Assembly: GCA_037447605.1 (NCBI GenBank)
Contig: CM074819.1
Location: 824,744-888,743 of the forward strand
From: Zygnema circumcarinatum SAG 698-1b
Taxonomy: Eukaryota > Plantae > Zygnematophyceae
Reading direction: 5' to 3'
Length of the DNA stretch: 64,000 nucleotides
Below the pieces are notes generated by a model. That model worked only from the letters and a program-made list of their open reading frames with translations, made no database searches and was not told the DNA's origin. Numbering within the stretch: the stretch's first letter is position 1; the number at the start of each line of letters is the position of its first letter. The translations under genes were made by a program, and so were the position numbers. Below are positions 1 through 25,255 of the stretch, in pieces.

Positions 1-287
1 CCGGTAAGCGCACACTAGAAATCATCTCCTTCTTTCTCTCCTTCCAATTCTTTCAGAAAGAACAAGCTGCTCAGTCGTCACTGTTGCTCTCCCGCTCTCC
101 TTTCCCCTGCCCTTCCCCCTCCTTCTCTCTCACTCCCATTCCATCGCATTCTCCAAGACGATCCCTTGCTCCGATCCATCTCTTGATTCCCTCTCTCGTG
201 CTCCTCTCTCGCTCTCTCTCCCTCTCTCATCCCTCTCTCATCCCTCTCTCTCCCTTCACTCTAAACACCATTGTTTCCATTGTTCAG

Positions 288-704
288 GTTCAGCGGGCTT
301 TATTAGCTAATCCGGATGTTCGCCGAGCTTTAGGAGAGGTGGAGATCAGAGGCAGAGGGGCAGAGGGTGGAGACAGGCCTCTTTCTCTGACTTCTGAAAC
401 CACGAGCAGTGACTCCTCTCCCAACACTCAAAGGAATGCAGAGGCGACCTCCTCTCTGTTTGAAACGATAGTGCTGCGTGCCAAGCTGCTTCTCGAGGGA
501 GTATTCAGATCCGCTCAAAGGATTATGGATGCAGTTTTGAGGAGCCATGGGTTAGACTCCTCTCATGGAGGGCATGAAGGGGGACAAAAGATGGAGAGTG
601 GGAGCAGCCATGCTGATGATGATGGTGCCATGGGACTGCCATCACTGATTCTTGCTATAGGGAGCACGCTGTTGCTGGCTAGATTGGATGTAGTGACGGA
701 GTGA
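288..704 (+). CDS. Terminal coding exon of an unidentified gene (5' part outside the window)
   Basis: A CT-rich intron ends in TTCAG at 287, followed by an open frame VQRALLANPDVRRAL...LILAIGSTLLLARLDVVTE* with a hydrophobic C-terminus. Family not recognised. Confidence 0.5.
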   Translation, partial: VQRALLANPDVRRALGEVEIRGRGAEGGDRPLSLTSETTSSDSSPNTQRNAEATSSLFETIVLRAKLLLEGVFRSAQRIMDAVLRSHGLDSSHGGHEGGQKMESGSSHADDDGAMGLPSLILAIGSTLLLARLDVVTE

Positions 705-1606
705 ACAGAAATCCCAGTTCTAGTTTTTAGGGTTATCCAGAGGATGGGTATTTTGGGATGTAATTTTAGGGTTTGGTGCTGCGTTCAATTTTTGAAACCT
801 ATGAAGAGCTTGGTTTGGATCAGTCTCTGCCTCCTTGCGGGAGGCTTTGTTTCATGCCGCGTTGTTTTGAATATGTGTCTCAATCCGATGCCCTCAACAA
901 TTGTTCTCTCTCCCTCTCCCTCTCCCTCTCCCTCTCCCTCTCCCTCTCCCTCTAAGTCACGCAGACGAATAAGCCACTGCTTTGTCAAACGAATCAAAGA
1001 TTTTTTATCACGTCAGTCATGTGAATAATCATGTGTAAATCGATGTTCTTGAAGCAAAATGTTTTCCTGGCGTGATTTTGCACCGGCTTGAGACCGTCAG
1101 TAATTTCTAGCAAAGCAGGGTCCTCAATTACCGCGTAAGCGTAACGAAAAAAGTTAGCCAAAACTAATTGAGTTATTTCTTCTCCTTGATCATTTTGGTC
1201 AATATCCAGGTCAATATTTTTTCTTTCACTGCTTCCTAGGCGTTGACGGCGAGCAAAACTTTTTTGTCCCATCAATTCCTGCAATAACCTTTCCGCTTCC
1301 TGTAGGCAAGAAAATTTTAAACAAAAAAGACGACGTGTGGACTCTTTCATCGTACTTTCGTAACGTTCGGCTGTTCGGCCCTCTCCCTCTCCCTCTATGT
1401 TGGATGCGGATAATGGAACTCGTTTCATGCATGTGCAACGGGATACAAACAATAAGGGCCTTGCGAGCATGGCCGTTTTGAGAAATATGTTAGGCAATTA
1501 GAGTGGCATTCTTCAAGCTGAAGCTTTTACAAAGACCCGCGAGAGACGAGGGATGGGTGAATGGTCCAGAATATGGAGAACAAAAATTCAATGACTTGTA
1601 TTTATT

Positions 1607-1614
1607 TATATAAA
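1607..1614 (+). promoter_or_regulatory. TATA-like element upstream of the tRNA gene
   Basis: TATATAAA lies ~25-32 nt upstream of the tRNA 5' end, as is typical of plant nuclear tRNA genes. Confidence 0.5.
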
Positions 1615-1638
1615 TTACATTTCTACTGTCTTTCATCC

Positions 1639-1710
1639 GCCTCTATAGCACAGTGGTAGTGCGTTCCCTTCGTAAGGGAAAGGTCCGGAGTTCAATCCTC
1701 CGTGGAGGCA
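1639..1710 (+). tRNA. trnT-CGU: tRNA-Thr(CGT)
   Basis: Folds into a 72-nt cloverleaf: acceptor GCCTCTA/TGGAGGC, D stem GCAC/GTGC, anticodon stem TTCCC/GGGAA with loop TTCGTAA, T stem CGGAG/CTCCG with loop TTCAATC, discriminator A. Downstream T-runs could act as a Pol III terminator. Confidence 0.96.
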
Positions 1711-1908
1711 GCATTTTCCTTTTTCTTTTCTCTCCCACTTCCAGCTTCTGCTACACTCTGGTTGAGTGCCCTTCCCTTCCTCCCCTTTTTTCCTTCTCCC
1801 CTTTTCACAAACAGAGCGCTGCTGCCACCTCCGGAGCCGTCCGCCATACATCTCTCCGCTGCTTCACCCCTCCCTCCTAGCTTCCTTTTGCCGCGCTCTC
1901 TCGCAGAG

Positions 1909-4900
1909 ATGTCAGGCCGGCAAGCGAAGCGCTTGCTGAAGGAGTTGGAGAAAAGGAGGGAGTCGGCCGCACAGGGGGAGGGAAAGGAGGAGGAGGAGGA
2001 GGAGGAGGGAGGAGAGGAGGAAGGAGAGCAGGCGGGGGGAGGAGCAGCAGGAAAATTGAACCTCTTTGACCTATTGTTGCCGGAGGAGGTGAATTCGTTC
2101 ATCCTGCTCCTGGTTTTAGGGTTGCAATTTTCTCTCGTTTCCCTTAGTCCCCTCTCTCTTATTCTTCCTCTCACTCATTCATGGTATTTTCTCTTCACTC
2201 CACCCACCCTCCCCTTCACCCCCTTCTTCTCTCTCACTCCCAGCCACCCCCTTGTTCTCCCGTTTTGAAATGCTAGGGTTGTAATCCTCTGTCTTCCCCC
2301 ATTCTTTCGCTCTCTCTCTCTCGCTCTCGCTCCCTTTCTTTCTCTCTGCCACTCCCACTCTTATTTTCTCGCCTTTTCCCGACCACCCCAACCTCTCTGA
2401 CTCTAAGCTGTTTTGAGATTTTAAGGTTGTAATCCTCTGTCTCTCCCCCCCTCCTCTCTCTCTCTCCCCCTCTCTCTCTCCCTCCCTCCCTCCCAGCCCC
2501 CTTCCTCTCCCACGGCTGCTTCCTGCTTCAGTTTTTAGGGTTGCAACGCTCTCTCTTTCTGTTCGACTTTCTATTTCTCTCTCCTCCTCTCTCTGTCTCT
2601 CTCTCCCTCACCCTCTGTCTCTCTCTCTGCCTCTCACTCCCTCCCTCAAGCTAACTGCGGCTTAAGCCCCCTTCCAGGATGATGAAATCGACGATACCGA
2701 GACGGCCTCTCAGGAAGTTAGAGATTCAGAAACTGCAGCACAAAAGCAAACAGCTTCGGCCACTTCAGGAAGAACAAAGAAAGGCAAAGGAAAAAGTAAA
2801 GGGAAAAGTAAAGGAAAATCTGAAGCTTTGGGAGAGAAGAGGAATGCTCCAGCAACAGCGACTTCCGCTGCATCCGACGACATCCACTCGCTCGATCGAA
2901 TTTTAAAAGAGTTGGCGATAAATGACAAAGCCCACGAAGAAACTAATGAAGAAAATGAAGCGAATAACGAAAACGATTCGGTAGATGAAAGAAATTCAAC
3001 TGAATCTGGCCGAGCTGCTGTTCTTGGAGTAGATGTGCGGTATCTTCGGGCAGACGACGAATTGAGGCGAATTTTTGGGTCTAAAGTGATCGACTCGGCT
3101 GGGAGGAGAGAGGAGATGGAGGGAGGAGGAGCGGGAGGGAGGAGGAGGATGGGAGGAGTAGGAATAGGAGGGAGGAGAGTGGGAGGTTTAAGAGGAGGGG
3201 CAATTTTGAAAAAGCATTTGCTTGTTCAACCAATGGATCACTGGCCGAGATGGGATGGAGGATTGTCTATGGAGTGCTCAGGAACTAAATTAGGGTTTCA
3301 GTACTTCAAGTATGTGCAGTCATATGATTATCTCATAGTTCAAAAACTGTATGAGCAGTGTGTGGCTACGCATGATCCGGGAACTATAGGACAGCTTTTG
3401 GGGAATCACCCGTTCCATGTGGATTCTCTGTTGGCGTTAGCGGACGTGTACCGTTCTATGGGCGAATATCAAACTGCGGCGGATTTGCTAGAACGGTGTC
3501 TCTATGCGTTGGAGTGTGCGTGGCACCCGTGGTTCAATCCGAGACTGGGGACTTGCAGGTGAGGGAGAATACAGGGTTCAGGTTTTTGGCTTTTGGGCTC
3601 TTTTGATTTTGGGTATTTTGAGGTTTTACTTCTTTAGTTCTTCTTGGTTTTGGGTTTTTAGCTTACCCTAAAATCTTGAAGACCCAAAAGACCCTATTTT
3701 ATCAACCTCAATTCAACACCCTTTCAACTTGGTGCAGATTGGAATATAAAATTGAAGAAAACCGGCCCTTATTTCATGCTTTGTTCCGCCACATGCAACA
3801 TCTCGGTCGAAGGGGATGCCACCGAACTGCCCTTCAAATATGCAAATTTCTTCTTTCTCTCGATGCCGAGGACCCTTTGGGAGTTCGATTCTGCATTGAT
3901 TATTATGCCATCCGGGCAGAGCAATATGAGTGGTTGGAAAGTTTTGTATCTCAATATAGTCCGGATGGATCGTTGAATCTCTTTCCCAACTTTTCTTTCT
4001 CACTTGCCCTCGCAAGATTCAGTTCGGAAACGAAGGGGAAGGAGATGAGGGAGGAGGGAGGGGGTTCAGGAAAGGGGAGAGAGGAGAGGAAGGAGGAGGA
4101 GGAGGAGAAGGGAAGGGGAGGAGGGAGGGCTTCTTCAGAAGTTTTGTCAGAAGAGCTTTTGCAGCAAGCACTCTTACTTCATCCTCTCATGTTGAAGAAA
4201 CTTGTTGATAAAGCCCCTATTAAAGTGGATGCCAAATGGGCGAAAGTTTTGAAACATAAACTTTTTGCTTTTCCTAAGGCAGGGGGACCCTCGTTAGAGC
4301 ATTTAATCGAGCTTTATATTCAAAGGAGTTCGGTTTTGTGGAGAGCTTTGGATGTTCAAAATTGGCTAAGGGATACTGCAGAGGGAGTGGTGACTATAGC
4401 GGAGCAGAAAGGAGGAGATAGAGGAGAGAGTGCGAGCTGGGCGGCTGTGAGAGAGGAAGCTTTTCCTTCGGATGTGAACGAGTAAGTATTGCAGGGGGCA
4501 TATAGTGGGTGGTAAGAGGGAGAGGAGGTGGGAGGAGGCAGCAAAAGGGTGAAAGGAGAGGCAGAGAGACAGGAGAGGAATGGGAAAGGAGGCTCTCTAT
4601 CTTTTCCTCTCTCTCTCTCTCTTTCTCTCTCTCTCTGTCGATACCCAAAATCCTTCAATCGTATCCTCGTCTAAACCACTTCAAACCCTTGAAACCCCAA
4701 CTTCTCCCTGCCCCAAAATTTCCTCAAAAAGTGATCATTTTCTTGATTTCTATCTCTCATTCTCTCCCTATTTGCCCGCCTTTTTGCTCACTCCCCCCCC
4801 CCCCCCCCCCCNNNNNNNNNNCCCCCCCCCCCCCCCCCCCTCCTCCCCCCCATTTTCTGTTAACTATAGGTATCGTCACCTTTTCCTTTCCGATTTCTCC

Positions 4901-5251
4901 GACTCTGTGGCGACTCTTCCTCCCGAGGAACTCGCCGCTATGAGAGAGGCAGCAGGAGGAGGAGGAGGAGGAGGAGGAGGAGGAGGGAGGGGAGAGATGG
5001 TGGGAGGGCCTCCCCCTCAAGCTGCAGCCATGGCGGCTCCGCCCCCTCAAGCTTTGGACCCTGCAGGGCAGAACGCTCTCATGGTGTTTGTGAGAGCCCT
5101 CCTTCCTTGGAATGATTTTGGAGTTCACGGTGAGAATAGAGAGTTGGTAGTGGAAGGAAATGTCGATCGTGACTTGAATGGAGAGAGGGAGAGGGGGAAT
5201 GAGATACCTGGGGGGGAGGGAGAGGAAGGTGTGGGAGAGGGAGCGAGGTAG
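1909..5251 (+). CDS. TCF25: TCF25/Rqc1 ribosome quality control factor; exons 1909-2088, 2678-3558, 3738-4481, 4870-5251
   Basis: GT-AG junctions keep the frame open. Motifs: HPFHVDSLLALADV, DLLERCLYALECAW, LFRHMQHLGRRGCHRTALQICKFLLSLD, DYYAIRAEQYEWL, PNFSFSLALA, EYRHLFLSDFSD, ALLPW. Confidence 0.92.
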
Positions 5252-5699
5252 GGGAGGTGGCAGGCTGGAAAGAAGGAAGGTGGGAGAGGAGCATGGGCAA
5301 GCAGAAAGAGAGGATTCGCAACTCTGTAGAACGGGTATAGGTTTAGTCGACCGATTTTTTGAAGGATGGAAAAAAAAATAATAATAAATTAGCAACTGCT
5401 CCTGTCAGAAAACTCAGTTTGCTTTCGTGTGGGGAGTCAGCTTTCTGACCTTACCTATCGCTCTCTCTCTCTCTCTCTCGTCCCTCACAAAAGCCTCCCT
5501 ATAGTAAAAAAGAAAGGCTAAGAAATTTTCCCACTCCCGCCCTCGTCCTGCGCACTCACAGCACCTCCGCCAACCGAACCCTCCCTCCTCTCCCCCGTCC
5601 CCCTCGCTTCACCCTCTCCCTCCCTCCCGCCTCTCCTCTCCCCCCTCCCCTCCCTCTCATCTGTACTGGTGGGTTTCGAAACGGTATTCGCCGATTCTT

Positions 5700-6835
5700 C
5701 CTCTTGACCGGAGGTGTGGCATAGAGTTATAGGCATATCTCTAGAAACAAACCTTTCCCAGATGTAGCTTCATTTTTGTGTTGAAAAAGACGTCGTCTGT
5801 TGCATACGCCGTCTAAAGAGTAGACATACATATTCATTTGATCTGCCAATGTTCGATGTTCCTCGGCGTGATCTGTGACGTGTTCCGTTGCGTGATTTCC
5901 ATGCGCTTCTGTTTGTGTTTGTGTTTGCGTATTGCCTGCCATTATCGGCAACTGTCGTTACACGAGGAGCTTAAAAGACGAAGGCATGGTCGGCTGCTCT
6001 GCCTCGCTCGGTCCTGTCAATTTCTTTTCTGACCAGAAATGGAAAGAAATTGCGAGGCGGTGTTCAGCGAAGATGTGCAGTTCTGCAAGGCCCTCGAAAA
6101 CCAGTAACGGCGTCTACTGCGTCTGGAGATGGTACATTCCAACCAAAACAAAGACGGAACTAGGGACTTTGATGTTGTGACTTTAGGACGAGGAGAGACA
6201 TGGAGTCTTCAATCAACGATTAAAAAGTGGCATGCAAAGCCGCGTTCACCCTTAAGCCAGGCCTGCAGACACGGGTCGTCATGCCGAATTGTGAAATTGT
6301 CGAATACATGAAATTGTTTCGGAATCTCTGTCTTAACGAGCACAAGGAAACTAAAGGAGCTTTTTCAAAGCTGCATTTGTAGCTATCCTGTCACATGACT
6401 GCGTTGAAGTCCAAGTCCTTCCTCCACTGTGAGGGAGAACTATTTCTAACGTGTGCAGAAACCTTCCTTTAGAACTCTCGTAGGAGAATAGGGCACTCAC
6501 TCACTATGGCACAACGACCGCGACATGTCCAGACACGGTCTGAGTGAGATGAAAATCAGCTCTACTGTACAGCTTTGAGGTGTGACCTCCTTTCGGTGCA
6601 CACGCCATGCACAACGATGCCTTCACGCCCACAAGCCCACTTCAACTTCATGCTCCATATAATATGGCGACGGGAAATCTAACCTAAAATTGTTGAGGAA
6701 CAAGTGGAAAATGATGCCTCACATGCAGCGCCTTAAGCTGCCCGCCTTGACTGAAGAGGGGAAGGAGGAGGAGGAGAAGAGGCGCGGCCGCTTCGCTTGG
6801 GCCATTGAGCCCCGCAGCTGGACGCTTAATAAGGG
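5700..6835 (-). repeat. Left arm of a ~1.1-kb inverted duplication (reverse-complement copy of 9171-10339)
   Basis: Base-by-base reverse-complement similarity, e.g. ATAGAGTTATAGGCATA..CTAGAAACAAACCTTTCCCAGATGTAGCTTC versus 10270-10318, and GCCATTGAGCCCCGCAGCTGGACGCT versus 9183-9208. Identity is roughly 85-90% by eye, with indels. Confidence 0.9.
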
Positions 6836-7649
6836 GGGTCAGACTAAGCGCGGGAGCGTACGAAATTTCCGAATTCAGTATACAGCACGAAAAGTCACTT
6901 TTGTCGTTTACGAATTTCGGCGAACCCAGCCGTACTGAAATGCGTACATAGCCAATGCGAAATACGCCCGGCAGGCGTACGAAATTGATTTGGCCATGTG
7001 TTAAGTCTGCCTCCCCCCCCCAAGGGGAAAGAACACTTCACCTTTTCAGTATAAGTACCCCACTCGGGCAGCGTTTGCCCGGAAGTACACCCTCACCGAT
7101 ACTAATTCCGAAATCTAAAACTCTGAAAGTCGCTTGTACGGACTTTTCGCTATTCCCTAACGACAAATCGCAGCAATCGGATGATTAATAACCGCAGTCA
7201 ACCTCATACGGTCAAAAAACATGACGTCATCAGTACATAGCGCCCTACTTGGACCAGTTAACGATTTCGGCGGTCAATGATTGCTGCGTTTTGTCGTTTG
7301 TTTGCACGGAACTGTACGAATTTCGTCCGTCACGATATATTCATATTGGTGTATCGGCGGGCGGCGGCGGATCTGCGGCCGCCGCCGACCGCCGCACCGC
7401 GCGCCGCGGCCCGCCACGTGGCGGTGGAGCCCCGTTAAAGGGGAGGGAGGGAGCGGAGACGGCACCACAGCACCGCAAGCAGAGAGAGAGAGAGAGAGAG
7501 AGATTGGAGGAGAGAGAGAGAGATTGGGAGAGAGAGAGAGAGAGAGATACTGGAAGAGGGGAGATAGGAGGCGGGAGTGAGAGGGAGAAGAAGAGCTCAG
7601 ACTGAGCGGGAAGCAGCGCAGTGAGAGAGAGAGAGAGAGTTCTGAAGCC

Positions 7650-9270
7650 ATGGCGCCATCGCTCCTTGTGCTTGTTCTCGCAGCCCTTCTTCCATGTGTC
7701 CGCAGTGCCGCACTGTACGGCCGAGTGTGGTACAACGCGACCAGCACGTGGTATCCGGGCGGGCCGGGCCAGGGTAACCCCGATGGTAAGAGGTCGCCTC
7801 TCTCCCTCCTTTCTCTCTCCCACTCTCTCTCTCCACCTCTCTCGCTCTCTACTCTCTCCCTCCCACTCTCTCGTCCCTCCCGTCCTCTGACACGTGGCAC
7901 CTCCCACTGCTGCAGGCGGAAACTGCGGGTACGGCGCGCTGGACGACACGGCGTACGGACGAATGGCCTCCGCCGGCAGCCAGGCGCTGTATGTGAAGGG
8001 AGGCGGCTGCGGGACGTGCTATCAGGTGCAGCCACGTGGCGATCCCTGACTCGCTTGCACAGCCATGCAAGGCGGCTTTTTGCAAGTGCCCACATTTCGC
8101 CTGTTCTAATGCGTGGCCGGCGGCCCCTCCCATTGGCTGCAGGTCAAGTGCACGAGCAACCCTGCATGCAGCGCGAGGCCGATCACTGTCACGATCACGG
8201 ACGTGTGTCCGAGCAACGAAAGGGCGAGCCCCAATTGGTGTGGCGACGGGAAGGTTCACTTTGACCTCACAAGGGAAGCGTTTGCCGCCATGGCTATCCC
8301 CTCGGCGAGGGAGAGCTTCCCGAGCAAAGGCTACATGAGTGGGGTACTTTACCGAAGGTGAATTTCTCCCTCTCTTCTTTTTGTTTAAGTCATTGCATTG
8401 GCGGCAGAAATGATAAGAGGACTTCTCAAGGGCACCTCTCTCTCTCTCTCCTCCCTTTACTTCTCTCCTTCACTCACTCTCCCTCCCCCTCCTCTCTCTC
8501 TCCTCCGTGCAGGGTTCCATGTACGTACGAGGAGCCCATCTCCTTCTTCTTCAATCGAGGAAGCTCCGTGTGGTGGCTCAACCTCGTCCTCCGCGATGTG
8601 GGTGGTCCCGGAAACGTGACAAATGTCTACATTCGTCCGGTGAGTCCTTGTCCTAAAACTTGTCGAGGAGAAGACATTTGATCGATCGTTTGGTTGGCCA
8701 ACACGCTGGATGGTGCTTGTGACTAACCAATCTTGGTTGCTCGTTCTTTATTTGGCGCAGACAAACTATAACGACTTCCTTCCAATGAATTTCAAATGGG
8801 GCGCGAGTTATGACCTGCAGTCGACGGGAACGCCGTTTAATCCTCCATACGAAGTCAAGCTGGTCAACAACGTGACAAGTGAGGCAAATAGTTCTTTAAC
8901 AGTCGAGAAAGAGAGAGAGAGAGAGAGAGAGTGGGAGCGGGCATGATGGTGAGAGTCGGAGTGTCCCATCTGACATGTTGATGACCTTCGCACTCTCCGT
9001 TTGCTTCTCAATCTCTGGAATGCCTATGCAGCTTCCGTACCGTTTTTTCCTGATTGGTGAGACTGCAAACGCCTGCACAAGATAGACTTGACATTATTTC
9101 ACAATGGATGCTTTCTGAATGGCTTTGCAGGGGAATCCGTGACCTGTCCGAATCTGATCAACGGTCCATTCCCTTATTACACAGCGTCCAGCTGCGGGGC
9201 TCAATGGCCCACGCGAAGCAGCCGCGCCTCTTCTCCTCCTCCTCCTCTTCAGTCAAGGCGGGCGGCTTAA
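7650..9270 (+). CDS. Expansin (DPBB plus pollen-allergen domains); exons 7650-7785, 7916-8025, 8143-8357, 8513-8639, 8761-8878, 9131-9270
   Basis: Signal peptide [19 protein letters not shown]. Motifs: [67 protein letters not shown]. All six junctions are phase-compatible GT-AG. Confidence 0.9.
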
Positions 9271-10339
9271 GGCGCTGCATATGAGGAATCATTTTCCACT
9301 TGTTCCTCAACAATTTTAGGTTAGATTTCCCGTCGCCATCTTATATGGCGCATGAAGTTGAAGTAGGCTTGTGGGCGTGAAGGCATCGCTGAGGTGCATG
9401 TTGTGTGCACCGAAAGGAGGCTACACCTCAAAGCTGTGCAGTAGAGCTGATTTTCATCTCACTCAGACTGTGTCTGGAGATGTTGCGGTCGTTGTGCCAT
9501 AGTTAGTGAGTGCCCTATTCTCCTACGAGAGGTTTAAAGGAAGGTTTCTGCACACGTTAGAAATAGTACTCCCTCACAGTGAAGGAAGGACTTGCACTTC
9601 AACGCAGTCATGTGACAGGATAGCTACAAATGCAGCTTTGAAAAAGCTTTAGTTTTTTTGTGCCCTTTAAGACAGATTTCGAAATAATTTCATGTATTCA
9701 ACAATTTCACAATGTGGCATGACGACCAGTGCCTGCAGGCTTGGTTTAACGGTGCACACAGCTTTGCATGCCACTTTTTAATCGTTGATTGAAGACTCCA
9801 TGTCTCTCTTCCTAAAACCACAACATCAAAGTCCCTAGTTCCGTTTCTGTTCGGTTTGAGTGTACCATCTCCAGACGCAGTAGACGCCGTTACTGGTTCT
9901 CGAAAGCCTTGCACAACTGCACGTCTTCGCTCAACACCGCCTCGCAATTACTTTCCTTTTCTTGTTAAAAGAAATTGACAGGACCGAGCGAGGAAGAGCA
10001 GCCGACCATGCCTTCGTCTTTTAGGCTCCTCGTGCAACGGTAGTTGCCGATAATGGCAGGCAATACGCAATACAATGCAATGGTTCCAGTGTCCTCTGAG
10101 GGACAGTCACGGCCGCGCTTGCTCTCGAAAACACAAACAGAAGCGCATAGATAACAAAAGTTGCGGACAATCACGTCCAGGAAAATCGAACATTGGCAGG
10201 TCAAATGAATATGTACGGCTACTCTTTAGACGACGTATGCAACAGATCGTCTCTTTAACACAAAAATGAAGCTACATCTGGGAAAGGTTTGTTTCTAGAA
10301 ATATGCCTATAACTCTATGCCACACCTCCGGTCCAGAGG
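9171..10339 (+). repeat. Right arm of the inverted duplication: end of the expansin last exon plus ~1 kb downstream
   Basis: Reverse complement of 5700-6835. It begins inside the last coding exon of the expansin and carries a ~50-bp insertion relative to the left arm near 10070-10125. Confidence 0.9.
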
Positions 10340-10646
10340 GAGAGTGAGAGGAGTAAGTGAGAGAGGAAGGGAAGGTGAAAAAGAGCGAGAGTATGGCAGA
10401 ATTCAAACATTGATACGTTTGTCGATGTCCGAACGGGAAAAACAAAGAGAACCCTGACCCTTGACACCTCCCTTATTTCCACTGTGTCACTGGTCATCCT
10501 TACTACTATTGAAACTTTTTAATAATCAGGGTAGCGAGAGTAAAGGGAAGTATAGTGGGAGGTTAGAGAGAGCGGGAGTAGGAACTGGACTGGGAGTAGG
10601 AACTGGAGTGGCAGATTGGGGGGGGGGGGGGGGGGGNNNNNNNNNN

Positions 10647-10677
<31 letters not shown>

Positions 10678-10807
10678 GATGTTGCGCGGAGTTGTGGGAG
10701 ATAAAACAGTAGTAGCGGGAGAGCCAAGAGTTGCGGAAGGAGTAGAGAGAGTAGAAGGAGTAGTGGGAGAGTTAAAGAATGGCGGGAGGAGTAGCAGCGG
10801 TGTCCTC

Positions 10808-25255
<14,448 letters not shown>

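Noticed and set aside
1639-5251. Functional link between tRNA-Thr and Rqc1/TCF25 through CAT-tailing
   Set aside because: CAT-tailing by Rqc2 uses tRNA-Thr(IGU) and tRNA-Ala(IGC), whereas this gene is the CGU isoacceptor. Adjacency alone is not evidence.
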